Of a stretch of 64,000 nucleotides of DNA, positions 11,412 through 24,639 are shown one piece after another; the first letter of the stretch is position 1, and every line of letters begins with the position of its first letter. Source of the DNA: Octopus bimaculoides. Lineage: Eukaryota. The stretch lies in NCBI RefSeq assembly GCF_001194135.2, contig NC_068987.1, positions 100,320,186 through 100,384,185 on the forward strand. Reading direction: 5' to 3'. Under the pieces are notes generated by a model, which was not told the DNA's origin, did not search any database, and saw only the letters and a list, made by a program, of their open reading frames with translations. The position numbers and the translations under genes were made by a program.

Positions 11412-13532
11412 GTAAGCAAGCATATTTATTCTTGCTTCAAATGATTAGTCGACCTCATGAATAGCTTTTAGTAGAAAACTGTACAAATTTAAACAAACCA
11501 ACACCGGTTATCAGACGGAAGAAGGGCAAATATACAAACGTGCACCGCAAAAACATAGATATATACCCCCTCTCTCTTTCTTTCTCTCTCTTTCACACAT
11601 AAACACACACACGCGCAATCACATACACACACACACACACACATTACGCACAAGCATTCACGCATTTTTCACAAACACATAGATATGGATGTGTTTGTGT
11701 ATTATCAATACGCAATGGAATTCCTTTCGCAAGGTATTTGGCACCACGGCACTATTGTTGGAGACTGTTCCCAAAGATGTAGAACAAAGTTAGAGTGCCA
11801 AAGCCCATTTAGTGCGAATCTAACTTCTTCATCACAAGACATACATGTGCCAACATTTGAATATATGAGTTTCAGGATACATATTCGTGCATGCAGCTGC
11901 ATAACTGAGTATATGGTTCAGAGTCAAACTATTTATCTACATTTCATTATACATATACATACATTGGTGCGCGCGCACTCGCCCACATGCAGATAAGTGT
12001 ACACACATGCGTTTATATATATATATATATNNNNNNNNNNNNNNNNNNNNNNNNNNNNNNNNNNNNNNNNNNNNNNNNNNNNNNNNNNNNNNNNNNNNNN
12101 NNNNNNNNNNNNNNNNNNNNNNNNNNNNNNNNNNNNNNNNNNNNNNNNNNNNNNNNNNNNNNNNNNNNNNNNNNNNNNNNNNNNNNNNNNNNNNNNNNNN
12201 NNNNNNNNNNNNNNNNNNNNNNNNNNNNNNNNNNNNNNNNNNNNNNNNNNNNNNNNNNNNNNNNNNNNNNNNNNNNNNNNNNNNNNNNNNNNNNNNNNNN
12301 NNNNNNNNNNNNNNNNNNNNNNNNNNNNNNNNNNNNNNNNNNNNNNNNNNNNNNNNNNNNNNNNNNNNNNNNNNNNNNNNNNNNNNNNNNNNNNNNNNNN
12401 NNNNNNNNNNNNNNNNNNNNNNNNNNNNNNNNNNNNNNNNNNNNNNNNNNNNNNNNNNNNNNNNNNNNNNNNNNNNNNNNNNNNNNNNNNNNNNNNNNNN
12501 NNNNNNNNNNNNNNNNNNNNNNNNNNNNNNNNNNNNNNNNNNNNNNNNNNNNNNNNNNNNNNNNNNNNNNNNNNNNNNNNNNNNNNNNNNNNNNNNNNNN
12601 NNNNNNNNNNNNNNNNNNNNNNNNNNNNNNNNNNNNNNNNNNNNNNNNNNNNNNNNNNNNNNNNNNNNNNNNNNNNNNNNNNNNNNNNNNNNNNNNNNNN
12701 NNNNNNNNNNNNNNNNNNNNNNNNNNNNNNNNNNNNNNNNNNNNNNNNNNNNNNNNNNNNNNNNNNNNNNNNNNNNNNNNNNNNNNNNNNNNNNNNNNNN
12801 NNNNNNNNNNNNNNNNNNNNNNNNNNNNNNNNNNNNNNNNNNNNNNNNNNNNNNNNNNNNNNNNNNNNNNNNNNNNNNNNNNNNNNNNNNNNNNNNNNNT
12901 ATATATATATATATAAGAGGTAAATATCTACATACAGCTGGATATATATATATATATATATATAAATTATGTTTTAGATGATTCGAACATAATAACAATA
13001 TAGCTATAATGCAATACGCTATCATTTTAGGCAAGATGTGTTAAACACGAACAGTCCTTTCTGAGCTCCCCTATAGGCTGGCCCAGTGGAAGAGTTTCCT
13101 GCAGATCAATACTTGTAATTATACTTGAAACTGGGTTTCTTATTACTGCGAAGAAACCATCACATACTATGAGTCCTATTTAAAGATATCTGCAGTTAAT
13201 GAGTTTATACATCATTGACTGGAGACTGCGCTAGTACCACCCCTCTTATGTCTGGTACTCGATAAAAGGAACTGCAGTCGGTGAAAGTATTCTATAGTTT
13301 ATTAAATCAAACTTTGTGACAGATTCTTGACAGTGTCAGTTACGTTCATTCCGTAGCATTAAGAACACATGACCTCAGCTGACCAATATATGCTAATATA
13401 TAGAATCCTTAAAGAAGTTCTCTCTAGATATTTACTTTCCTGCTGATATCTTATGAGGTGAGTCTATCTTAAGCACCCACGATATATGTAACTCGTACCA
13501 ATGTATTGAGTGTACATGTTTTTCGTTCATCC

Positions 13533-13570
<38 letters not shown>

Positions 13571-13594
13571 TATGATTGACCGTTGACTGAACAC

Positions 13595-13771
13595 TATTCA
13601 ATTTTTTTTCACCGTGTTTTTCTCCTTGTCTCCGTATTCTTTCTGTTGAAGACCGTAGCTCGAAACGTCAAAGACGTTCCGTATTCCCGAGCGTCATACT
13701 AATACATCCTCTTGTTATTTACACCACCTGTCCTCGTCTGTTGTTTTTTTTCGTACATTCTTTCATATATA
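13595..13771 (+). mobile_element. Small ORF-less interspersed repeat with a hammerhead-like motif (PLE-terminal-repeat-like), copy 1
   Basis: Homologous by eye to the reverse complement of 46385-46545. Contains TCTTT-CTGTTGA-A-GACCGTAGCTC-GAAAC-GTC-AAAGA. Its 3' end abuts (TA)n. Confidence 0.6.
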
Positions 13772-14367
13772 NNNNNNNNNNNNNNNNNNNNNNNNNNNNN
13801 NNNNNNNNNNNNNNNNNNNNNNNNNNNNNNNNNNNNNNNNNNNNNNNNNNNNNNNNNNNNNNNNNNNNNNNNNNNNNNNNNNNNNNNNNNNNNNNNNNNN
13901 NNNNNNNNNNNNNNNNNNNNNNNNNNNNNNNNNNNNNNNNNNNNNNNNNNNNNNNNNNNNNNNNNNNNNNNNNNNNNNNNNNNNNNNNNNNNNNNNNNNN
14001 NNNNNNNNNNNNNNNNNNNNNNNNNNNTATATATACATATATATATATATATATATTTTGCCTGTACACAGGCAAAATATATATAATACATGAATATGTG
14101 TGTATATATGTGTTGTTGACGAGTGTAATTGCGTACTGAAGTTTATGCATGTATACAGGAATGCGTATGTTTAAATATGTGTATATGAATTTCAAATATG
14201 TATGTCATATTTTCATTATGAGAGAGTTCTGCTGGGCTATACGTCATCATGAGCTTGTTTAATGAACTAAATATAGATGTGGTAGCAATATATGCTTCTT
14301 TATGTGCTTATTTTTACCCTATGCATCGGTGATCATCGTATCGTCGACCATGAACTTGAAGATATGA

Positions 14368-14586
14368 ACGAAGGGGTGCGAAATTCTTCCTGGCTTTGGA
14401 TTAAAGAAAACACATGAGGATCAGTTAATTATAATTTTATTCGACATAATCCCTTCTTAGATTCACACACTTAGTGCAGCGGATTTTTAGTTTTTCTAAG
14501 CCACGGAAGTGAATTCTGAAGGTTGTTCGTTCAACCAGACCTTTCACGATACCCTTAAAGTGGGGAACTTTTCAGCACCCACTCAT
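14368..14586. mobile_element. Mariner-derived MITE (~220 bp)
   Basis: Left end ACGAAGGGGTGCGAAATTCTTCCTGG. The right end's reverse complement is ATGAGTGGGTGCTGAAAAGTTCCC, a mariner-type TIR. No ORF. Confidence 0.7.
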
Positions 14587-14709
14587 GGGTTTTCGTACCA
14601 TTCTGAGTCATCATAACCGTATCATTTAATCGATATTATCTTTAATTTTCAACGTTATCGAAGTCAACCCGTATTGTCTTAATATACAGTTCGTCAAGAT
14701 ATATATGCA

Positions 14710-14743
<34 letters not shown>

Positions 14744-15399
14744 TGTGCGTGCGTATGTGTGTGTGTGTGTGTGTATATGCAATGAAGATATCATAAAGAA
14801 GAATGGAGAGTTATAGATCTTCGAAATGTGTTTATAACAGGTATCATACAATTCACAATAGATTATAGTCCAACACAAGTTTCTTCTGCAAACATATCCT
14901 CATGCTATTTGAGTAGCATTGATGTACATTTAGTTGGTTCATTTCCAGTACATATTCATCCTGGATAGGCATTCCTATGCGGGTGGGTGTAGTAAGCCGA
15001 CTACTTCAGTGTTAGAATGTTCTTCGCAAATTATATTCTATTTGTGGGATCATAATTTTTTAGGTTATATAATATTAGGGATTTTTTTGAAATATGATAG
15101 AATAAATGTGTTAGAATTTAAGAGAATAGCATATTTTATATACTTATAAAAAAGGAAAGTTAAGTTAATTAGGTCAGAATACATTCACTTCACTTACTAC
15201 TCATAATGATGATGAGATCATGGCATATTAGGTAAATAGATATAAGACAAATCGAGAGAAACAGGAAATAAATAGAAAATAATATAAACACGATGATTTA
15301 TGTGAAATTGTTTAAATCTAACAAGAGTAAATCAATGATTATTTGACTAGGTTACTTATGTGCACGCTCTATCTACGTGATATCATATTAAAAATTATT

Positions 15400-16330
15400 G
15401 TTTGGATAGTACCTTTCAAAATGCATTCGCGCATTTCATTGCTAATTCGTTTCCGTGATTTAGAGATAAAGATATGAAAGTTTTCTTCGAAGCACAGATT
15501 ACTCTGGTAGTTTCCAATAGTATGTGGTGAAGCTCTGCTAGTAATTGCCCATTTTATATCATATTTATTGTTCCTAACTTTAAAGACTCGATGAATCTAT
15601 TCAAAGTGGTCCACTTCATTTTACCTATATGTAAATGAAGTAAGGTGGTTACACAATCTCTGCTTGAAATTCGTAGAACCTGATGCTACGTAATTTCTGT
15701 AAATGCCATCAACAATTACTATGTATTTATAATCTGCTTTTGTAAGACATTCACCTCGAAGCGACATAATTAGATCCCACAGTTACAGTGATGCTTATTA
15801 ATATTAATCCTATTGTTGCTACTGACAGAGGTATTAGGCACTTCGTCTATATTTTTACTTATTACCCAATGGATATTATTAGTTTAGCTATATATTAAAT
15901 TGAATGGATTATATTCTTCGCCTGGTTCCCTTAATTGAAATGCGTGGTTTGCACCCAGTTGTCTCCTTTACACTATCATGTGAATATTATTTAAATTTAT
16001 ACTGCAGGGAGGCTTTAGCGGAGATGGATTTGGGATTGCTATTTTCTGATTCAGCCATTCTTATTGTACATAATTTAATATTGTTTATATATTTTATATC
16101 GGTTATCATTGTCTTACGTCTATATTTTCTTCACACATTGTTTTTCCATGAAATGGTTCCTCTTAATCACAATATGCTGCTCGGGATGCATGATTATACC
16201 CATTCTATTTTTATTTTCTTTGTTATTCATACAGACCATCCAACTTTTTCCCACAAAATGAAATTTGTGCTAATTTTCATAAGCTTTGGAATTTTGCTTT
16301 TAGCTGTAAGAATAATAAGAAAGTACGTAA
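15400..16330 (-). mobile_element. Degenerate Penelope-like element (RT tail + GIY-YIG)
   Basis: Minus-strand relic LRGECLTKADYKY...NFKQRLCNHLTSF...YDIKWAITSRA...NLCFEE resembles the PLE CPL.G.CL...FK.R..NH..SF...I.W.I...CNLCLEEK pattern. Confidence 0.6.
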
Positions 16331-16994
16331 TTCTGCTTATACGTTATGAATCGTATCAGCAGTGTATCTTTTTGTATGTATGCTTACGTATATAAGCATA
16401 TACATATATACATTGATAGATAAATACACACACACACACACACACACACACATGGGGAAGCATACATATATATGTGTGTACATACAGAGAAAGATAGAGT
16501 GGGAGAGAGAGATAGATAGAGAGAGAGAGAAAATAAAAAGCAGCAAAACAAATTTCTCATATACTTTATAATTGAATAAAGATATAAAGCATCATATTTT
16601 ATATAATTACGTAATTGAAATACATAATTAATTTAAAAGTGATGTTTTAGACATCTCTGCAAGAAAATAGTATGAAAAATTATAATCAAGAAACAGGTAC
16701 AGATTGAATACAAATGAGACAGATAGAAAAATGTCAGGATTTAATGTATGGTATTAACGTATTGTAGTTTACATATGTGTTATCATTAAGACCGTGGTTA
16801 CATTTTCCGTGGCTATAACGAAACCCATACACACAAAGATATACGCATACATATTCGCAGACACACATGTATAATATACTCAGCAGATGAATTGGAAAGT
16901 GTAATCCAGGAGTTTACTTCATTGCAAGCTGATACAGATAGTGGTTATCTGAAAGGAATATCAAAGAATGAAGATATTTTCCTTCATCATACAA

Positions 16995-17330
16995 CTGACA
17001 CTCCGTAAGTTTCGATGACAAGAATTCCAGTTGATCCTATAAGCGGAACTGCATGCTCGTGTAATTAATGTGCAAGTGGCTCAGTGCTCCACAGATACGC
17101 TTAGGCGTAATGTAGTACTCACGGAGATAAAGCGTGACACAAAATGCCACAAGTCTGGCCTTTTGAAATGCAGGTACTGCTAGGTTCTTTTGTAATTTGA
17201 GAGGACTGGAGCAACGTCAAATAAAGTGCATTACTCAGGATCACAAAGCGCCACCGAGAATCGAACTTACGGCCATACGAACGAAAACTGAATCCCATAA
17301 ACACTAACTCACCAGTCTTTACTGTTTTAT
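16995..17330 (-). mobile_element. tRNA-derived SINE family C
   Basis: The minus strand has GTAAGTTCGATTCTCGG (B box), followed by a body with GTTGCTCCAGTCC...AGTACCTGCATTTCAAAAGGCCAGAC...CTGAGCCACTTGCACATTAATT and a 3' GGATCAACTGGAA. Confidence 0.7.
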
Positions 17331-17456
17331 ATGTATGTCATTATTCAGTTTTATTTCGAGATTTCTTGCCAATAGAGAAAGAGTTGGTTTCTAACATATA
17401 TCCAGGGCCCCTTTATTACAATTTCAACATGAACAGGGTATTTTTGTTTGTTTCAA

Positions 17457-17550
17457 TGTGTGTATGTATGTAAGTATATCTGTATGTATGCATGTATGTA
17501 TGCCTGTATGTATGTATGCATGTATGTATGTATGTATATATTTATGTATG
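17457..17550. repeat. (TATG)n / (CATA)n microsatellite at the 3' end of the R4/Dong LINE
   Basis: Directly visible. Confidence 0.95.
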
Positions 17551-18894
17551 TGCAGATTTGTATATTTTATAGATGTATTCTCATCCATATAGTTGCATAT
17601 CTACACATGCTGATATATATTTAAATGATAAACTTCTAGAACATTTTACAGTTCCAGTGATGGTTTGGATCAGTAGACTTCGAATTAGCTCTCTCCTTTC
17701 TGATTTGAGAAGCCTAATTTCTCAAGACTGGTATTTAGGCGGTGTGTTACATATCCCAGGGCCTCAATAATTACAGATATAAAGCTGAATTTGTAATCTT
17801 GATAAATTGCAGATTTTTCAATAGTTCAGCATAGGTGCTCTCTTTTTTACTGATCTTCAACTTTATGTTAACATCCGCTGGGCACCTACTTTCCACAACT
17901 CTGCACAGTTTCTCTTCTCTATCCCAAATCATTTTATCATGTCTGCTGTGCTTACATTTTATTGAGGTCTTCACTGGTACATTCCACCACTATTCCTTTT
18001 TATTTTGAGTGTCTATGGCTTCTACCACATTTTGGCTTCTTATTTCTTTGTCCTCGGGATTATCCTTCCGACGGGTTTCATTATAGAGTGTCCTAGTTAC
18101 AGCGACACGTTTCATCGGTAGATAATACCGTAATGACATTTTCGGACAACTGCTTATGACGTGAGTGATATCTTCAGAGTGAACTTCACGAAGTCTGAAT
18201 CGGTTGTCACATTTTACGGCTTTACCTGTATGTGTATCTCTTTTATGTATCAGGTACTTGGTTGATATTTCCTGTTCCTGGATTACAAACGCATACCCTT
18301 CAAAGTGGGAGGTAGTAATCCGGCTATTGGTCCATAATAAACTGCTTTGATGATCGATGTTACTATCTTCACGGAGCTTTCTTGCAACATAACCTTGCGT
18401 AGTCTTCTGCTCATATAGGCTCGTCTTTTCATCTGATACGTCGTGTGACTTCTTTCGGCATGTATTCTAGTTTATCAGACAAAGAGTGTTGCTGAAAGAG
18501 CAGCCTTCCAAGTCTTATGATATAATCAGCCACATGTATGCAAATTTGGTCAAGATATGCACTTCGACAGTTAGTGGTTAAAAGATGTTGGCGATGGGAA
18601 ATGATGTGACATTTAAAAACATTTTGGGTCTTCCTCCTTGTTTTCGTTTCAGGCAGAGGCGGTCTACATCACTGTTTATGGGGAAATTATGCGTACTTGT
18701 TGGTATTTTTCGAGTTTTCACATCAATTGCTCGGATCTCATCAAGCGTCCAATCAAGCAGCCCAAATGTTGGTATGAGTACTGGCATTGCAAACACACTG
18801 TAAGATATATTTTCATCCACCCCTAGATACCTATAACATTCCTTGTCAGATAGAGGGGAAACAGTCAAATCATTAATGGATATGTTACTAGTCT
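17551..18894 (-). mobile_element. 5'-truncated R4/Dong-type REL LINE, copy A (RT thumb, CCHC knuckle, REL nuclease, 3' UTR)
   Basis: YRYLGVDENISY / PTFGLLDW..EIRAIDVKTRK...SDVDRLCLKRKQGGR; KCDNRFRL...EDITHVISSCPKMS.RYYLPM; WWNVPVKTSIKCKHSRHDKMIWDREEKLC..RCPADVNI..KESTYAELLKNLQ. Confidence 0.88.
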
Positions 18895-19271
18895 GTATGT
18901 ATGTATGCATATATACAGGCTTGTATGTTCTGTTTTACGTAAATATTCTCATGCACACATTTGCATATGTAGACATGCTTATATATACTTAAATGATTTA
19001 GGTCTGGGACGTTTTACAGATATTTACAGTTCCAATAATGAATTGGATCTGTAAACTTCGAATTGATTTTCGAATCCCTGGTGTTGAGAAGCCTAATATC
19101 TCAAGATTGGTATTTAGGCAGTGTGTTACGAATCCGAGTGTCCCACTAATTACAGGTGTAAAGCTAAATTTGTAATCTGGATAGAGTAACTGCAAATTTC
19201 TCAATAGTTCAGCGTAGGTATTTTCTTTATCGGTGATCTTTAACATGTTGATAACATCCGCTGGGCAAATG

Positions 19272-19272
<1 letters not shown>
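18895..19272 (-). mobile_element. 5'-truncated R4/Dong-type REL LINE, copy B (end of REL domain + 3' UTR)
   Basis: CPADV..LKITDKENTYAELLRNLQLLYPDYKFSFTPVISGTLGFVTHCLNTNLE...IQFIIGTVNICKT. The 3' UTR is homologous to copy A, and CATA repeats lie on both sides. Confidence 0.88.
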
Positions 19273-19302
<30 letters not shown>

Positions 19303-19380
19303 TGTATGTATGTTCGTATGTATGTATGTATGTATGTTAGTATGTATGTATGTATGCATACATGTATGTTTATGTATGTA
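19273..19380. repeat. (TATG)n microsatellite
   Basis: Directly visible. Confidence 0.96.
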
Positions 19381-19499
19381 TATTGTTTAACTATAAATTA
19401 CTAGAATTCGCCAGAGACGGACACATCTAACCAAAAACGATATGTTCAAATGTCATGTTTTTTTTTATTTCATTCACTCATTTTTTTATTACTTTACAG

Positions 19500-19543
19500 A
19501 TAAATGGCCCGCATCGAAAAGTTGATAACCCAATCATATTTAG
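19500..19543 (+). CDS. Candidate 44-nt exon P3 (INGPHRKVDNPIIF-R), phase 0 to 2
   Basis: Strong T-rich tract ending TTACTTTACAG and donor AG|GTATGA. Only phase 0 is open across the whole exon. Confidence 0.42.
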
Positions 19544-21244
19544 GTATGACAAAGGATTTTTTGTTTTTGGTGGGATTCATATATGGAGAACTGCAATAAA
19601 AGAAGGGCTCTAAGGGAGAGAGATGAAAAGGAGAGAGTAACCATTAGTGAGTGGATTTATGATTATTGAAAATAGAGAGAATTTATTACATAACAGATTT
19701 GGTGAGAGGTTGCAAATTAAAACAGGGGTTTGGAAGCTATCACTTAAAAGTTGTAAACGGACAGAAACATGTAAGTTATTCTGTCTATCATAAAAAAATA
19801 CTAGGGTTGTAATAAGGAAAGAAATTACAAAAATTAAAAAATAATTTAATCTTTTATTTGGATGATTCCACAATTAGAACATAATTAAAATCTATAAACT
19901 TAAAATTCGTTGTTTCTCTAAAGAATTTAGCTTTTTCCCGATACCTACAGATTTTCAAATAAACTCCCAATAATCTAGAATTATTGTAAAAGCTGGAAGA
20001 ACAATGGGGCGTAAAACATTCTGGTGGGGAGGTAAATTATCGAAAAACAGCTGTAGATTTGTCATTAAATTTCAGTTGTTTCTTTCAGAAAGAGAAATGA
20101 TATGACAAAGAAAAACAAAATAAATAAATAAATAAAAGACAGTGTCTAAATAAAGAGCATCTATATTCCGGTATTTAAACATTAATTATTAACACAATCA
20201 AAGAAGATCTACATTTATGTAACAGAAAAGGAATTAGAAATGGAATATTTTACTAACACAAGTAAGACATTACTGAAATAGTGTATACACAAAAAGAGGA
20301 CGGATGACGGAAGAAGCATATAAGAATGATAATTTCACAGACGTTTCCACATTTGCACGATCTAATCTTTTCTGTAACAATATATATTTATATGAATACG
20401 TTAAAGGAGGGAGACAGGAGATAGAGTTAAAACAATCTGCAAGAAAATACTTGAATAGACCAGCAACTATTAAAAAATAACAAAGGACATAGAAAATTAG
20501 ATATCATTTTGTTTATATATATATATATATATATATATNNNNNNNNNNNNNNNNNNNNNNNNNNNNNNNNNNNNNNNNNNNNNNNNNNNNNNNNNNNNNN
20601 NNNNNNNNNNNNNNNNNNNNNNNNNNNNNNNNNNNNNNNNNNNNNNNNNNNNNNNNNNNNNNNNNNNNNNNNNNNNNNNNNNNNNNNNNNNNNNNNNNNN
20701 NNNNNNNNNNNNNNNNNNNNNNNNNNNNNNNNNNNNNNNNNNNNNNNNNNNNNNNNNNNNNNNNNNNNNNNNNNNNNNNNNNNNNNNNNNNNNNNNNNNN
20801 NNNNNNNNNNNNNNNNNNNNNNNNNNNNNNNNNNNNNNNNNNNNNNNNNNNNNNNNNNNNNNNNNNNNNNNNNNNNNNNNNNNNNNNNNNNNNNNNNNNN
20901 NNNNNNNNNNNNNNNNNNNNNNNNNNNNNNNNNNNNNNNNNNNNNNNNNNNNNNNNNNNNNNNNNNNNNNNNNNNNNNAATAATAGAATTAACAATTAAC
21001 AATTTTGCCAAGTAGTTCAGTATGAAATAAACCTTTATCGGTAAGACCATTTATCATCATAAATAACTAAAGGCTTGTTTTGTTTGTGCTTTTCCCTCCG
21101 GTTTTTTGTTCTATGTGTGCCATAAATATCGCCATCCATTTTAGAGAAAAATTTGTAGTTTAGAATCAGTAGTTCTTTGACTGCTGTTTCTGAATTTTCA
21201 GTATGTTGGAGAAGCAACTCAATTGCTAATCCCTTATATTTATG

Positions 21245-21275
<31 letters not shown>

Positions 21276-21627
21276 TAGATATGTGTGTGTATGTGTGTGC
21301 GTGTGAGTGTGCTGTCTGATTATTTTTCAGGCAACATTATTTTAACAGTTTGCAGTTACGGCTTATGTTGAGTTGTCGTAGGGGAGAACATAAAAACAAT
21401 CTTTAAAAAGACAGAATTTTTGCTGTCCACATATCGAATTAGTGCAGTAATGTTAAGAGGTTTGAAAACAAAAGTTGTTGTCATCAATTTCAATAGATTT
21501 GTTTGTAATCCAATAGGAAAGCTTTAGAGAGATTTCAATAGCAGCTGTGAGGTTTCACACACAACTTACATGTGCATACATACCCATATTATAACACAGA
21601 CATATACACGCACGCATTTCTACGTAT

Positions 21628-21658
<31 letters not shown>

Positions 21659-22191
21659 CATATNNNNNNNNNNNNNNNNNNNNNNNNNNNNNNNNNNNNN
21701 NNNNNNNNNNNNNNNNNNNNNNNNNNNNNNNNNNNNNNNNNNNNNNNNNNNNNNNNNNNNNNNNNNNNNNNNNNNNNNNNNNNNNNNNNNNNNNNNNNNN
21801 NNNNNNNNNNNNNNNNNNNNNNNNNNNNNNNNNNNNNNNNNNNNNNNNNNNNNNNNNNNNNNNNNNNNNNNNNNNNNNNNNNNNNNNNNNNNNNNNNNNN
21901 NNNNNNNNNNNNNNNNNNNNNNNNNNNNNNNNNNNNNNNNNNNNNNNNNNNNNNNNNNNNNNNNNNNNNNNNNNNNNNNNNNNNNNNNNNNNNNNNNNNN
22001 NNNNNNNNNNNNNNNNNNNNNNNNNNNNNNNNNNNNNNNNNNNNNNNNNNNNNNNNNNNNNNNNNNNNNNNNNNNNNNNNNNNNNNNNNNNNNNNNNNNN
22101 NNNNNNNNNNNNNNNNNNNNNNNNNNNNNNNNNNNNNNNNNNNNNNNNNNNNNNNNNNNNNNNNNNNNNNNNNNNNNNNNNNNNNNNNNNN

Positions 22192-22228
<37 letters not shown>

Positions 22229-22949
22229 TATATGTATGTATATATGTATACACACACTGACACACATATATATATATATATATATATGAACATATATATA
22301 AATGCATACAGGCGTAGACATATACACATCTATATAAAGAGATGGGGAGACAGAGGGAGAAGATGCCATGTGTGACTAATGAATGTAAGAGCAATGTGAT
22401 TTGATTGTCACAATCGACTATTGGATTTTGTGTTAAAAACTTGTGACTTTTCCCATATATATCTGGTTGCATTTACTAGATTCAACCAATATAATGCGGT
22501 CATGCTGGAGTACGACCTGCAAGAAATCTGATTTCTTGTTCGTTTTTTTTTACATGTTTTTTTTTTTATTTTTTGCCTCTTTTAGTTTGCAAATCATTTA
22601 AAGCTACATTTTCAATTTAAATTCGTAATTCAGCGCAATGATTTATATTCATAAAAACATAAAGACTGTCATGAATACAGTCACACAATCACATTCAATT
22701 ACATGCACACACACGCGCACATACACACACACACAGACACACATACAGACACACACACACACATACATGTCAATACGTAGAATTCACTTCTTTCGTTATC
22801 AACTGACATCATAAGTTTAAGTACTAAACTGTCTTTTCTTCTTTAATATCTTTTTGTATACGTTCTGGAATTATGAATATAATTTCATTTCACTTTGAAT
22901 TTTTACCCTCTTTCGGTTACCTTAATATCATTGTGTTAGCATCAATTTA

Positions 22950-23704
22950 CACAGATGGAGGAAGAAATTTAAAGAGGGAATATCTGTCATTCATAAAAAA
23001 AATATCATACAATGCAAGAGCAAAGACTGGGACCACTTGCACGAAACGCCTGTGAATGGACGAATTCATTTACGTTGACAGATGAGCCGCATTCCGTGAT
23101 ATTATGGTACAACTGGAGTGTAACCACAATACATTAAAGAAGATGTAGGATATTCTGTCTATATCAATGTATGTGCAAACAGAGAACAGCAGCAATTGAT
23201 AACGTATTTGAATGTGGAAGAGTGGAATATTTTGCTGTGATTTACTAGAAATCTTTGAAGTCATCAGATGAGTGGAGATGAAACGAGCACACATTTGTAT
23301 AATCCGGAAGCGAAGGCTCACTCCATAGACTAGCGTCACATTTCTTTTCGAATGTCTACGATGTTAAGAGGTAGCAGTCGATACAGAAAATCATGATGAC
23401 TGTTTTGAAGCGATGAGAAAGCGATCCTTCTCCTTGATTTTGTGGAATATGGACGTAACATTAAAATACCATTAGAAAGAAGAGACAGAAAAATAATCTG
23501 AAAACGATCTGCGAGGGGGTACTGTAAGGTTCTTCGCCTTAAGAGTAAAGCGAAAGATCGAGTTGTTTTACGGACTTAGAAAACTGAAGGATCACTGCAA
23601 ATCAAGAATCTGAGAGGGGGATATATTGAATAGAATCATAATTGACTGATCCTCCTGTATTCTCTTTTACTCAAAACGGGGAACTTTTCAGACAGCCCTC
23701 GTAT
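22950..23704 (+). mobile_element. Degenerate mariner relic with right TIR
   Basis: RWRKKFKEG, MSGDETSTHLYNPEAK (cf. TGDETWIHHYDPETK) and DEKAILLLDFVEYGR. The right TIR GGGAACTTTTCAGACAGCCCTCGTA has reverse complement TACGAGGGCTGTCTGAAAAGTTCCC. Confidence 0.72.
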
Positions 23705-24043
23705 ATTCACCACGACAATGAATATACGGCAAATTTTGTTCCTTAGTATTTTCTCACCGCACTACATATCACGGATATGGCACTATGCAGGTTCTAACAA
23801 AATTTCACGTTTCGGGCAGTTGGGGTGGCGGGATATGTTGATAATACATGTGAAGTTAAAGTGATAGGGAAGAAATAGGTTCAAGAGTATGCCCCTGTAC
23901 TATTTGCAGAAGTATTCAAGTGTTGTGTTCAATAATAACAAATCCATCTTTTGTGATGAGATTCTGTTCAGTATATCCTTTGTGTAGAAACATGTTCTTC
24001 GTGGTAAGGCGATTTGGCGTCTTCTTCTAGGGTGGCTATTCCT

Positions 24044-24074
<31 letters not shown>

Positions 24075-24639
24075 NNNNNNNNNNNNNNNNNNNNNNNNNN
24101 NNNNNNNNNNNNNNNNNNNNNNNNNNNNNNNNNNNNNNNNNNNNNNNNNNNNNNNNNNNNNNNNNNNNNNNNNNNNNNNNNNNNNNNNNNNNNNNNNNNN
24201 NNNNNNNNNNNNNNNNNNNNNNNNNNNNNNNNNNNNNNNNNNNNNNNNNNNNNNNNNNNNNNNNNNNNNNNNNNNNNNNNNNNNNNNNNNNNNNNNNNNN
24301 NNNNNNNNNNNNNNNNNNNNNNNNNNNNNNNNNNNNNNNNNNNNNNNNNNNNNNNNNNNNNNNNNNNNNNNNNNNNNNNNNNNNNNNNNNNNNNNNNNNN
24401 NNNNNNNNNNNNNNNNNNNNNNAAGTTTGTGAGGAGTTTTCACGACATTTATAAGGAAAGAGATATAGATAAAGCATGTACAATTTAAACAACGTATATC
24501 ATTACACATTGCCGAAACCAAAGATAAGTTGCAGCCCATGTCAATAGAGCTACATGCCCATAGCTCAACAGTGGGCCTTTCATGAACCGCATGAAAACAA
24601 AATATATGTGGTCAAATGGAAGTGTTATTAAAATGCGGA

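Noticed and set aside
16225-16310. Minus-strand terminal-exon-like segment KSKIPKLMKISTNFILCGKKLDGLYE*
   Set aside because: It lies within a degenerate Penelope-like element on the same strand.
22955-23060. Plus-strand exon-like segment after TTTACACAG
   Set aside because: The open frame RWRKKFKEG is the N-terminal part of the mariner relic.
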